Assembly: GCA_035464095.1 (NCBI GenBank)
Contig: DATHSO010000080.1
Span: 4,024 to 68,023 of the forward strand
Direction: 5' to 3'
Origin: Candidatus Methylomirabilota bacterium
GTDB taxonomy: Bacteria; Acidobacteriota; Thermoanaerobaculia; Thermoanaerobaculales; Sulfomarinibacteraceae
DNA: 64,000 bases
Position numbers and translations under genes: made by a program. The notes under the pieces were generated by a model. The model searched no databases, was not told where the DNA came from, and saw only the letters and a list, made by a program, of their open reading frames with translations. Positions 1 to 13,060 of the stretch are shown in pieces. Every line of letters begins with the position of its first letter. The first letter of the stretch is position 1.

Positions 1-182
1 CGACGGCCGGGTCGTCGCCCCGCGGTGGCTCCGTCTCGGCGGGCGGCCCCTCGTACAGGGTTGGTACCTCAGAAGAGTCCAGGGTAGCTTCCGATCAGCA
101 CCGGCGACCTGCAGCCGTAATCCCTCCCCGCCCTGCCCATGATCGAAGCAGCCAGTGCTCCTCGAGTATACTTTTTTCGGGC

Positions 183-1094
183 ATGAAATCTCGCGATACG
201 ACCAGGAAGACGGACGAGCTCGATCCCAGCGCCGACCGTCGGGCCGCGGCGAGACAGGCAGAAGCCTGCCTGGTGTTCATCCACGGCCCCCAGCTCGGAG
301 AGCTGATCCCGCTGCGCGGCGAAGACCTCGTGCTCGGAAGGTCCGATGACTGCGAGGTGCGGGTGACCGGCGACGGCGTTTCCAGGCGGCACTGCCGGGT
401 CGCCCGTAATCCCGGCTCCGGATACTTCGTGGAGGACCTGGGCTCCACCAACGGCACCCGGATCAACGACGAGCCGGTCGAGCATGCCCCGCTCCGGGAT
501 GGGGACCTGATCTCCGTCGGCAGCTCGGTGCTGAAGTTCGTTGGCGACCGCAATATCGAAGCCTCATACCACTCCCGGGTTCACTACCAGGTGAACCGGG
601 ATGTGCTGACCGGGCTTTTCAACCGGCGCAGCTTCGACTCGACTCTCGAGGTCGAGGTGTTGCGCGCCATCCGCTACCGGCGCCCGCTCTCCGTGGTCCT
701 GTTCGACGTCGACCGCTTCAAGTCGATCAACGACGGTTACGGGCACGCCGCTGGGGACGCCGTTCTCCGGAGCATTGCGCAGATCCTCTCGGAGCGCACC
801 CGCCGCAGTGACGGTCTGTTCCGGATCGGCGGCGACGAGCTGGCGCTGATTCTCCCGGAGACCTCTCTTGACCGGGCGGCGGCCGTCGCAGAACTCTACC
901 GCGAGCTTGTCGCGAGCGCGAGGTTCGGTCCTCCTGATGCCCCGGTCGGGGTCACCGTGAGCTTCGGCGCCGCCGAACTGGCCCAGGGCATGGAGCGTCC
1001 GGATGATCTGCTCCGGGTGGCCGACCGGCGCCTGTACGCTGCCAAGGCCGCCGGTGGCGACAGGGTGGTTTCCGCCGACCTTCGGACGGAGTGA
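183..1094 (+). CDS. FHA-domain / GGDEF-domain diguanylate cyclase
   Basis: 303-aa ORF. N-terminal FHA signature (LVLGRSDDCEVRV..DGVSRRHCRV..GSTNGTRIND) is followed by a GGDEF domain (YGHAAGD, RIGGDELALIL). Confidence 0.85.
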   Translation: MKSRDTTRKTDELDPSADRRAAARQAEACLVFIHGPQLGELIPLRGEDLVLGRSDDCEVRVTGDGVSRRHCRVARNPGSGYFVEDLGSTNGTRINDEPVEHAPLRDGDLISVGSSVLKFVGDRNIEASYHSRVHYQVNRDVLTGLFNRRSFDSTLEVEVLRAIRYRRPLSVVLFDVDRFKSINDGYGHAAGDAVLRSIAQILSERTRRSDGLFRIGGDELALILPETSLDRAAAVAELYRELVASARFGPPDAPVGVTVSFGAAELAQGMERPDDLLRVADRRLYAAKAAGGDRVVSADLRTE

Positions 1095-1257
1095 CCCTCC
1101 AACATCGGCGACCGCCGACCTCAGGTGGGCCGGGCTCGCCGAACGGCGCCCGCCATCGTTGCCCGGTGAGGGGTTACGAAGCTGAGAGTCGTGACTGCAT
1201 CACTCCGGAACCGGCACTTGAAGTGTCGCGCGACGGGTCAGCACGGCACGCAGACCG

Positions 1258-4863
<3,606 letters not shown>

Positions 4864-5079
4864 AGCCACCTTGTACGCAAGTGGGAGCGCGAAATCAACT
4901 TGGAGCCTGCAGATGGTCTCTGCCCGGAGGTCGATTGACGTCCGCGCGATTCCGGTTATGATGTTGAGACTAGATATATTGAACATGGATGCAAGTAGTT
5001 CCTATTTTCGTTGGTTCTTGTACACTCATGAGGCGATGCCGGTCGCGACGGACCGGCCCCGGAGGAAGGAGATCGGGTC

Positions 5080-7656
5080 ATGATGTTCACGTCTCTCGTC
5101 GGGAGATCCCGCTGGTCGATCGTCGCCGGCGCCGCACTGGTGCTGCTCGTGGCCGGGACGGCCGCGGCCCAGCACCCGCCGATCTACCTGCTCGACGCCA
5201 ACGGTGACACCATCGATCCCATCACCGATGAGAACGCCAGTGCGCCGTTCTCGATCAAGCAGACCTGCGGCATGTGCCACGACTACGACGTCATCACCCA
5301 GGGCTACCACTTCCAGATGGGGTGGGACGTGGTGTCGGATGACTACGGCGTCGAGGCGGGTCGGCCGTGGAGTCTGTCCAACGGACTGATGGGCCGCTGG
5401 TACCCCTTCGCCTTCCGGCAGCTGGCCAAGAAGTCGAACGAGCATCCCGACGAGATCGACCTGACGGTCTACGACTTCGTCGGCTTCTCGTCGCCGGGCC
5501 GGGGCGAGCCGCCGTGCGGCGCCTGCCACCCGGGCGGCGGCGGCCTCGAGTTCGACCGTGACGGCGAGCGCTACGACGAGCGCCTCGCCGGCGAGCCGGA
5601 GCTCGCCGAGACCCTCGACGGCGACTACCACCGGAGCAAGTGGGACCGCAGCGGTGTCGTCGAGGCCGACTGCCTGATCTGCCACCTCGAGGGCTACGAC
5701 TTCGAGAGCCGGGTCGACCAGCTGAAGAACGGCAACTACAAGTGGGCCGTGGTCGCGGGCTCGCGCATCGGCATCGTCGAGGGAGCGGTGCGGCGGGACC
5801 AGGAGCCGGAGGTGCTGTACGAGAAGCGCCTGTTCAACGCCGACGGCACCATCACCCTCGAAATGTCGTGGCCGCCGCCGGACGAGAACTGCGAGTACTG
5901 CCACGGCCGGTCGGACGTCAAGAAGCGCGGCTTCTCCTGGAACGACATCTTCAACCCGGACATCCACAACCAGCAGGGCATCAGCTGCACGGCCTGCCAC
6001 CCGGCCGGCCTCGACCACCAGATCGCCAAGGGCACCGAGCCGGCGTTCACCCTCGCCCCCGAGCTCGACGGCAGCAACAAGTCGTGCGAGGAGTGCCACA
6101 TGCAGGGCTACCTCGGCGCCCCGGTGCCCGAGCACGTCTCGATCCGGCCCAGCCACCTCGCCCGGATCACCTGCGAGAGCTGCCACATCCCGCAGCTCAA
6201 CCGCGCCGCCGCCAACGGCCTCGAGGTGGTCAGGGGCAGCCTCGAGTTCTACCCCCGTCCGCCCGAGGCCGAGGAGGCCGGCGAGGTCGGTCTCTGGAAT
6301 CCCGACTACGTCCGCCGGGAGGACGGGAACGTCTACCCGATCAACCGCTTCCTCGCGGTCTACTGGGCCAACCGGGACGCCGACGGGCTCGTCCACCCGC
6401 TCTTCCTGCGCGAGCACGAGGCCGGCTGGAAGGGCTTCGCCGAGGCGGTCACCGACGACAACGAGGACGGCCGGCTGGAGGTCAACCGCCCCGAGGAGAT
6501 CGTGGCGGGGCTGAAGGCCTTCGCCGCGTCGCTCCAGGGAAACCGGCGCTTCGAGCGGATCCAGCCGGTCTTCATCAAGTCCGAGACCGCCTACGAGCTG
6601 GACGAGAACGGCGAGCTGGTGACCAGCCCCCTGGCCGGCACGCCGCTGGAGGGCGGCTCCGAGGTCGAGTTCTCCATCAACCACAACACCGCCCCGACCC
6701 GGATGACCCTCGGCGTCAATGGCTGTGAGGACTGCCACGTCGCCGAGGCCCACATGTTCAGGGGTCAGCAGATGGTGGACCTGCACGGCCCCGACGGCAG
6801 CCCGGTCACCATCTCCAACGGCCGTTTCTTCGGCTGCAACCTGTTCGCCTTCCGCGTCAACTCCATCCACCAGCAGATCGTCAGCCCGTACATCGGGCCG
6901 ATGATCATGCTGGTGGTGTTCCTGATCGTCGTCCACTACCACAGCTACGGGCCCAAGCGCATCACCTTCGACCCCTACTCCGAGGAGGTCGAGCGCTTCA
7001 CCCTGTTCGAGCGCGGCGTCCACCTGTTCCGGCTCATCTCCTTCGTGTTCCTCGCGGTGACGGGCCTGATCCTGGCGTTCAACCTCCACCTCTGGCAGCA
7101 GCTGCTCTTCGGCTCCGCCGCCACCCTCCACAACTTCCACGTCTGGATGGGCATCGTCTTCATCGCCACGACCGTGCTCGGCGCGGTGCTGTGGTTCCGG
7201 GACGCCACCTTCGAGTCGTACGACAAGGACTGGGTGCGCAAGATGGGCGGCTACCTGGGCCACAAGGGCGAGGTCCCCGCGGGCCGCTTCAACGCCGGTC
7301 AGAAGATGTTCTACTGGCTGTCGAGCATCCTCGGCGTGCTCATGGGCGTCACCGGGCTCGTGCTGGTCTTCAAGGGCGCGTTCTCGCTGCCGACGATCTG
7401 CGTCACCTCCACGATCCACAACCTCCTGGGCTTCTTCCTGATCGCCGGTGTCGTCGCCCACGCCTACCTCGGCACCGTCGCCAACCCCGGCACCTGGCGG
7501 GTGCTGGTGGACGGCTCGGTGACCCGGGAGTGGGCCAAGCACCACCACCCCAACTGGTTCCGCAAGCTGGTCGAGCAGGAGCGGATCGAGGAGGCGGAGG
7601 CCAAGCTCGAGGAGCGCTCCGGAACGAAGCCCGGGGACGGCGGACGCGAGGCCTGA
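5080..7656 (+). CDS. multihaem cytochrome c (8 CxxCH) fused to FdnI/HydC-type cytochrome b membrane domain (CbcL-like)
   Basis: Signal peptide. Eight CxxCH motifs (CGMCH, CGACH, CLICH, CEYCH, CTACH, CEECH, CESCH, CEDCH). The C-terminal ~230 aa has 4-5 hydrophobic helices with conserved His, resembling a b-type cytochrome. AAGGAG lies upstream of the ATG. Confidence 0.75.
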   Translation: MMFTSLVGRSRWSIVAGAALVLLVAGTAAAQHPPIYLLDANGDTIDPITDENASAPFSIKQTCGMCHDYDVITQGYHFQMGWDVVSDDYGVEAGRPWSLSNGLMGRWYPFAFRQLAKKSNEHPDEIDLTVYDFVGFSSPGRGEPPCGACHPGGGGLEFDRDGERYDERLAGEPELAETLDGDYHRSKWDRSGVVEADCLICHLEGYDFESRVDQLKNGNYKWAVVAGSRIGIVEGAVRRDQEPEVLYEKRLFNADGTITLEMSWPPPDENCEYCHGRSDVKKRGFSWNDIFNPDIHNQQGISCTACHPAGLDHQIAKGTEPAFTLAPELDGSNKSCEECHMQGYLGAPVPEHVSIRPSHLARITCESCHIPQLNRAAANGLEVVRGSLEFYPRPPEAEEAGEVGLWNPDYVRREDGNVYPINRFLAVYWANRDADGLVHPLFLREHEAGWKGFAEAVTDDNEDGRLEVNRPEEIVAGLKAFAASLQGNRRFERIQPVFIKSETAYELDENGELVTSPLAGTPLEGGSEVEFSINHNTAPTRMTLGVNGCEDCHVAEAHMFRGQQMVDLHGPDGSPVTISNGRFFGCNLFAFRVNSIHQQIVSPYIGPMIMLVVFLIVVHYHSYGPKRITFDPYSEEVERFTLFERGVHLFRLISFVFLAVTGLILAFNLHLWQQLLFGSAATLHNFHVWMGIVFIATTVLGAVLWFRDATFESYDKDWVRKMGGYLGHKGEVPAGRFNAGQKMFYWLSSILGVLMGVTGLVLVFKGAFSLPTICVTSTIHNLLGFFLIAGVVAHAYLGTVANPGTWRVLVDGSVTREWAKHHHPNWFRKLVEQERIEEAEAKLEERSGTKPGDGGREA

Positions 7657-7807
7657 GCCGGACGGCCCGAAGAATCGTGGACCGCACCCGGGCGCGGCGC
7701 CCCGAACTGAGGTCTCGGAGGGCGAGGCCTCTGTTCGGGGTCTCCCCGGTTTACGGCTCGGGCACGGTCACGGTAGGGTCGGCATCGCCATGTCTCGAGG
7801 AGAGCCG

Positions 7808-9133
7808 ATGACCCGCGAAGCGATCGACACCTTCCGCCGACGGTTCCGAGACGCCTGGCAGCGATCGGACCGCATCTTCGACCTGGTGCCGAGGGAGCAC
7901 TGGCTGGACCAGCCCATCGAGCTGCGCCACCCGATCCTGTTCTACGTCGGCCACCTGCCGGCCTTCGCCTGGAACCAGGTCGGCCGCGGCCTGCTCGGGT
8001 GGGGCGCCCTCCACCCCGAGTTCGACGAGCTCTTCGAGCGGGGCATCGACCCCGTGGATGCCGACCGCCACGACGCCTCGGTCGAGTGGCCTTTGATCGA
8101 CGAGGTCCTGGCCTACCGCGACCGAGCCAGGGAGCGGCTCCTGGAGGCGGTCGAGGCGGTAGCGGCACGGGCGGGCGAGAATCCCCTCGCCGCCCGGGGG
8201 CGGATCCTCAACGTTGCCCTCGAGCACGAGCTCATGCACCAGGAGACCCTGCAGTACATGTTACTCCAGCTCGAGCCCGGGGTCCTGAGGCGGCCCGACG
8301 ACCTCGCGCCCTACCGATTCGGCGGCGAGGTCCAGGCCGAGACGGTGGCGGTCGACGGCGGCGAGGTCGTGCTCGGCGCCGACTTCGACGCCGTGGACTT
8401 CGGCTGGGACAACGAGTTCCCCGAGCACCGCGTCGCCGTGGACGGCTTCCGCATCGACCGCACCCCGGTCACCGTCGGCGCGTGGCTCGATTTCATCGAG
8501 GCCGGCGGCTACCGCCGGGCCGAGCTGTGGCTCGACGGCGACTGGCGCTGGCGGCAGCGGGTCGGTCTCGAGCACCCGCCGCGGTGGCGTCGGGACGACG
8601 GCGCCTGGCGCACCCGGACCCTCTTCGACACCCTGGAGCTCGAGCGGGTGCGCGCGTGGCCGGTGGCGGTGAGCCTGGCCGAGGCCCGGGCCTTCTGCCA
8701 CTGGCGCGGCGTCCGGCTGCCCACCGAGGCCGAGCTCCACCGCGCCATGTACGGGTCTCCCGAAGGGCCGCGGCGCCACCCCTGGGGCGACGACGGGCCC
8801 CGCCCGGGCATCCACGGCAACTTCGACTTCGCCAACTGGGCGCCGACGCCGGTGGCCGATCACCCCGCGGGCGAGTCGGCGTGGGGGCTCCTGGACACCG
8901 TGGGCAACCTCTGGGAGTGGACCTCGAGCCCCTTCGCGGGCTTTCCCGGCTTCGAGGTGACCGTGCCGAGCTACCCCGGCTACTCGGCGGACTTCTTCGA
9001 CGACCGGCACTTCGTCATGCTCGGCGCGTCGTGGGCGACGCCGGCGCCGCTCGTTCGGCGCAGCTTCCGCAACTGGTTCCAGGACCGCTACCCCTACGCC
9101 TTCGCCGGCTTCCGCACGGTCCACCCCCGCTGA
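7808..9133 (+). CDS. EgtB/OvoA-like sulfoxide synthase family protein (DinB-like N-domain + FGE-sulfatase C-domain)
   Basis: HPILFYVGHLPAF and HxxxHxE (EHELMHQE) in the N-terminal half; GNLWEWTSS-type FGE-sulfatase motif in the C-terminal half. Start placed at the ATG at 7808 behind GAGGAG; the ORF maximum starts at 7790. Confidence 0.65.
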   Translation: MTREAIDTFRRRFRDAWQRSDRIFDLVPREHWLDQPIELRHPILFYVGHLPAFAWNQVGRGLLGWGALHPEFDELFERGIDPVDADRHDASVEWPLIDEVLAYRDRARERLLEAVEAVAARAGENPLAARGRILNVALEHELMHQETLQYMLLQLEPGVLRRPDDLAPYRFGGEVQAETVAVDGGEVVLGADFDAVDFGWDNEFPEHRVAVDGFRIDRTPVTVGAWLDFIEAGGYRRAELWLDGDWRWRQRVGLEHPPRWRRDDGAWRTRTLFDTLELERVRAWPVAVSLAEARAFCHWRGVRLPTEAELHRAMYGSPEGPRRHPWGDDGPRPGIHGNFDFANWAPTPVADHPAGESAWGLLDTVGNLWEWTSSPFAGFPGFEVTVPSYPGYSADFFDDRHFVMLGASWATPAPLVRRSFRNWFQDRYPYAFAGFRTVHPR

Positions 9134-9157
9134 CGGTCGCCGCCCTGCGGCCTCGGG

Positions 9158-10132
9158 TCAGCCCCGGATCGCCTCCAGCTGGTCGGTGACCAGGCCCTTG
9201 AAGAGGTCGACCTTGTAGCCGTTCTTGGCCAGCGGCTCGGCGCCCTCGACCGAGGCTGCGGCCGCCGCGGCGATGGTGTCGTCGTTGAGAGCTGTGCCGG
9301 TGACGGCGTCCTCCACCCCGGCGGAGCGCCACGGCACCGGGGCGGCACCCGACAGGAAAACACGGGCCGACTTCACCGTGTCGCCGTCGAAGACCAGAGC
9401 CAGGGCGATCCCCGCCAGGGCGAAGTCCCAGCTGGCGCGCGCGCGCACCTTGCGGTACGACGAGCGCAGGCCGGCCGCCGGGGCCGGCAGCACGATCTCG
9501 GTGATGACCTCGTCCGATTCGAGCACGGTCTCCCGTTGGGGGTCCTCCGAGGGCGGCATGTGGAGCTTGTCCACCGCCACCGAGCGGCTCGCCGACGGCC
9601 CGGAGACCCGGCACACCGCCCCCAGGGCGGCCAGGGCCGGGGCCGGGTCGGACGGGTGGACGATGTAGCATATGTCGCCGCCGAGGATGCAGTGGAACTG
9701 GTTTTCGCCCTCGTAGGCGAAGCACTTCTCGCCGCCCTTGCGCAGGCAGTCGAACTCGCCCCGGTAGTACCAGCAGCGCGGCTTCTGGCACAGGTTGCCG
9801 CCGAGGGTTCCCTGGTTGCGGAGCTGAGGGCTTGCCACCACCGAGGCGGCGTCGGCGAGGGCGGCGAAGCGCTCGCGGATGATCGGGTGTGCGGCGACCT
9901 CGGCGATGGTGGTCATGGCGCCGATCGTCAGGCCGCCGTCGGAGGTCGGTGCGATCCCCCGCAGGTCGGCGAGCCCTCCGAGGGACACCACCTCGTCGGC
10001 GGCGAACACGCCGTCGTGGAGGCAGCCGACGAGGTCGGTCCCGCCGCCGTGGATAACGGCGTCTCTGTCCTCGAGGACGGACAGGACCTGGCGCAGGCTG
10101 TCGGGTCGAGAGTAGCTGAACTTGGGGAGCAT
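9158..10132 (-). CDS. molybdenum hydroxylase (xanthine dehydrogenase/CO dehydrogenase family), FAD-binding medium subunit
   Basis: N-terminus FSYSRPDSL..AVIHGGGTDLV is typical of the CoxM/XdhB FAD-binding domain. One nucleotide separates it from the upstream large-subunit gene. Confidence 0.8.
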   Translation of the reverse strand: MLPKFSYSRPDSLRQVLSVLEDRDAVIHGGGTDLVGCLHDGVFAADEVVSLGGLADLRGIAPTSDGGLTIGAMTTIAEVAAHPIIRERFAALADAASVVASPQLRNQGTLGGNLCQKPRCWYYRGEFDCLRKGGEKCFAYEGENQFHCILGGDICYIVHPSDPAPALAALGAVCRVSGPSASRSVAVDKLHMPPSEDPQRETVLESDEVITEIVLPAPAAGLRSSYRKVRARASWDFALAGIALALVFDGDTVKSARVFLSGAAPVPWRSAGVEDAVTGTALNDDTIAAAAAASVEGAEPLAKNGYKVDLFKGLVTDQLEAIRG

Positions 10133-10133
10133 C

Positions 10134-12437
10134 TCAGGCCTCCCGCTTCGCGGCGAAGAGCGCCGCCGTCTGGACCGGGTTGAGGGGGGTGCGGGTCACC
10201 CGCACACCGGTGGCGTCGTAGACCGCGTTGGCGATGGCGGGTGCGGTGGGAATGGTGACCGGCTCGCCGAGGCCTTTGGCCGAGGTGGCGTTGGCCTCGG
10301 TGTCCTCGAGGTCGATGGCGACCGAGGTCATGTCGGCCGGCACGTCCATGGCGGTGGGCATCTTGTAGTCGTGCAGGCTGATGTTGACCATCTTACCGGT
10401 CTGACCGGCATCGAGGATCCGTTCCTCCGTCATGGCGAAGCCGATGCCCATGGCGATGCCGCCGAAAACCTGGTTGTCGTAGGTGAGCCGGTTGAGCACC
10501 CGCCCGGAGTCGTGGGCGCCGAGGAAGCGAACCACACGGACCTCGCCGGTGCGGGTGTTGACCTCGACCTCGCAGAACTGAGCGGCGAAGGGGTTGACCA
10601 CTTTGCCCTCGGGGTTGGCGCCGCGGTAGCCGATGCCGACCACGACCCCGCGACGGCGCAGGCCCTCGATCTCGTCGAAGGCGAGCCCGTTGTCGGGTTC
10701 GTCCTCCTTGAACACCCGGCCGTCGCCGATGGTCAAGGTCTCGGGCTCGACGCCGAGCTGGTCGGCCGCGAGCCCCACCAACTGCTGCCGGACGCGGTAG
10801 GCCGCCTCCCGGACCGCCGGGCTCTCGGTGGGCACTGTCTTGGAGCCCCCCGACGGGGTCGCGTACTGGGTCGTCGAGGTGTCGGCATTCTCGATCTGGA
10901 TCTCGTCCGGCGGGACGTCGAGCTCCTCGGCGACGATCATCGCGGCCCAGGTCTTGGTGCCGGTGCCGATGTCGGATGCCCCCATGTTGAGGTTGACGGA
11001 GCCGTCCGAGAACATCTTCACGATGACGGTGGACGGCGGCCCGCCGCCGCCGGCGATCCAGGAGCAGGCGGCGACCCCGACACCCCGTTTGAGGTGGCCC
11101 GAGTCGGGTGTCTTCTTCTTCGCCTCGTCCCAGCCGAAAGCGTTTGCCCCCTCGACGAGGCACTCGCGCAGGCCGGTCGAGGTGTAGGGCTGGTTGCCGC
11201 GGGCCTGGCTGACGGTGGTGATGTTGGCGAGCCGGAGCTCGACCGGGTCCATGTCGATGGCCCGGGCGAGTGCGTCCATCATCTGCTCGAGGGCCCACGA
11301 GCCCTGGGGGTGGCCGGGGGCTCGGAACGGGCGCGACGGGCCGGCGTTGATGAACGCCCACTCGTTGCTGCAGCGGACGTTGTCGCAGGCGTAGAGGTCG
11401 CGGATCTGCCAGTCGTTGAGCCCGGCGCCGCCGCCGGGGTAGGCGCCGCCCGAGGTCACGCCGTGGAACTCCAGCGCGGTCAGCCTGCCGTCCTTGGTGA
11501 CGCCCGCTTTGAGCCTTATCGTGACGCCGGGGCGGTTGCCGGTGGCCAGCTGCTCCTCCTCGCGGCTGAGGAAGAGCTTGACTGGGCGAGCCGTCCGTTT
11601 GGCCAGTAGTGCCGCGACCACGGTGTGCTTGGAGGTGTTGAGCTTGGACCCGAAGCCTCCGCCCATGTAGGGGTTGCTGACCGTGACGTTGGCCAGGGGC
11701 AGACCGAGCACCGAGGCCAGCCGGGCCTGGGACGAGAAGACACCCTGCAGCGACTCCCACACCGTGAGCCGGTTGCCGTCCCAGCGGGCCACGGCCCCGT
11801 GCAGCTCCATGGGGTTGTGGACCTCGTAGGGGGTGGCATACTCCTCCTCCAGGACGACGTCCGCGGCCTCGAAGCCGGCCTCGACGTCGCCGCGGCTGTA
11901 GGTCTCGACCTCTCCTTGGCGATTGCCCCCCTCACGGGCCTTCGGTGCGCCCTCGGCCAGGGCGGCCTGGTGATCGGAGACGTGGGGCAGGACCTCATAC
12001 TCGACTTGGATCGCCTTGAGGGCGTCGCTTGCCTGGTGGGGAGTCTCGGCCGCAACCGCGGCCACCACCTCGCCCTCGAAGAGGCACTCCCGGACGAAGA
12101 TCGGCGAGCTCTCACCCTGGCCCCAGGGCCAGCTGAGCTGCGCTTCCGGGTCGGTGTCGGTGAGCACCGCCGCGACGCCGGGCATCTTCCGGGCGGCCTC
12201 CACGTCGAGCGAGGTGACGCGGGCGTGGGCGTGCGGACAGCGCAGGATCGCGCCGTAGAGCATGTCGGGCAGCACGATGTCAGACGGGTAGCGGGCGGCG
12301 CCGCTCACACGCTCGTAGGCGTCGACCCGCGGCCGGCGGGTGCCGACGATCTCGGTCGTCTTCCAGGAGCTCGGATACTCGCCGGGCTCGGGAGTCTCCG
12401 GCACCGGACCCTCGATGTAATAGGTCTCGTCGCTCAT
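10134..12437 (-). CDS. molybdenum hydroxylase, molybdopterin-binding large subunit
   Basis: ORF 10134..12794 trimmed to the ATG at 12437 (MSDETYYIEG), which overlaps the stop of the small-subunit gene (ATGA). Aldehyde oxidase/xanthine dehydrogenase a/b-hammerhead and Moco-binding sequence runs throughout. Confidence 0.85.
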   Translation of the reverse strand: MSDETYYIEGPVPETPEPGEYPSSWKTTEIVGTRRPRVDAYERVSGAARYPSDIVLPDMLYGAILRCPHAHARVTSLDVEAARKMPGVAAVLTDTDPEAQLSWPWGQGESSPIFVRECLFEGEVVAAVAAETPHQASDALKAIQVEYEVLPHVSDHQAALAEGAPKAREGGNRQGEVETYSRGDVEAGFEAADVVLEEEYATPYEVHNPMELHGAVARWDGNRLTVWESLQGVFSSQARLASVLGLPLANVTVSNPYMGGGFGSKLNTSKHTVVAALLAKRTARPVKLFLSREEEQLATGNRPGVTIRLKAGVTKDGRLTALEFHGVTSGGAYPGGGAGLNDWQIRDLYACDNVRCSNEWAFINAGPSRPFRAPGHPQGSWALEQMMDALARAIDMDPVELRLANITTVSQARGNQPYTSTGLRECLVEGANAFGWDEAKKKTPDSGHLKRGVGVAACSWIAGGGGPPSTVIVKMFSDGSVNLNMGASDIGTGTKTWAAMIVAEELDVPPDEIQIENADTSTTQYATPSGGSKTVPTESPAVREAAYRVRQQLVGLAADQLGVEPETLTIGDGRVFKEDEPDNGLAFDEIEGLRRRGVVVGIGYRGANPEGKVVNPFAAQFCEVEVNTRTGEVRVVRFLGAHDSGRVLNRLTYDNQVFGGIAMGIGFAMTEERILDAGQTGKMVNISLHDYKMPTAMDVPADMTSVAIDLEDTEANATSAKGLGEPVTIPTAPAIANAVYDATGVRVTRTPLNPVQTAALFAAKREA

Positions 12438-13060
12438 CTCGAGCCCCCCTTCTTGGCCGCGGCGGCGCGGTCGACGGCCTTGAAGATGTGGACATAGGCG
12501 GCGCATCGGCAGAGGTTGCCCGCCATGCCGGTGCGGATCTGATCGAGGGACGGCGACGGGTTGCTCCGCAGCAGGCCCTCCGCCGAGACGATCTGGCCCG
12601 GCGTGCAGTAGCCGCACTGGAAGGCGTCCTCGTCGACGAATGCCTGTTGGGTCGGCCCCAGCTTCTCGCCGTCCATCAGGCCCTCCAGAGTGGTGATCTC
12701 GGCCCCCTCGGCCTCCACGGCGAGGGTCATGCACGCGTACCGCGGCCGGCCGTCGATGAGTACCGTGCAGGCACCGCACTCGCCGCGCTCGCACCCGACC
12801 TTGGTGCCGGTGAGCCCGAGCCGCTCCCGGAGCACGAAGAGCAGGTTCCAGCGCGGCTCCACCAGGAGACGGTGGGTCCGGCCGTTGATCTTGAGCGTGA
12901 CCCGGACCATAGCATCGGGATCGGTGATCTCGGGCGCTGTCTCACCGGGCCGGGCGGCGCCGGTGGCGGCCGCGACCGCACCGGCTCCGACGGAGCCGAT
13001 GAAACCGCGGCGAGTGACGCCGCCTTCGGGCTTCGGGGTCTGGGGATTCTTCTTCGCCAT
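12434..13060 (-). CDS. molybdenum hydroxylase, [2Fe-2S] small subunit with Tat signal peptide
   Basis: Twin-arginine leader (TRRGFIGSVGAGAVAAATGA), then two 2Fe-2S motifs (CERGECGACTV; CGYCTPG...CRC). AGGAGG RBS. Confidence 0.85.
   Translation of the reverse strand: MAKKNPQTPKPEGGVTRRGFIGSVGAGAVAAATGAARPGETAPEITDPDAMVRVTLKINGRTHRLLVEPRWNLLFVLRERLGLTGTKVGCERGECGACTVLIDGRPRYACMTLAVEAEGAEITTLEGLMDGEKLGPTQQAFVDEDAFQCGYCTPGQIVSAEGLLRSNPSPSLDQIRTGMAGNLCRCAAYVHIFKAVDRAAAAKKGGSR

Noticed and set aside
2-142. Possible 3' end of a plus-strand gene entering the window (frame 2, stop at 140-142)
   Set aside because: It is only 46 codons, the peptide is implausible (RWLRLGGRPLVQGWYLRRVQGSFRS...), and codon bias fades after ~25 codons. 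Not supportable.
5026-7548. 840-aa ORF on the minus strand opposite the cytochrome gene
   Set aside because: It is Asp/Glu/Arg/Gly/Val-rich with no motifs. It is antisense to an ORF with eight CxxCH motifs, a signal peptide and an RBS, which is the typical high-GC shadow-ORF pattern.
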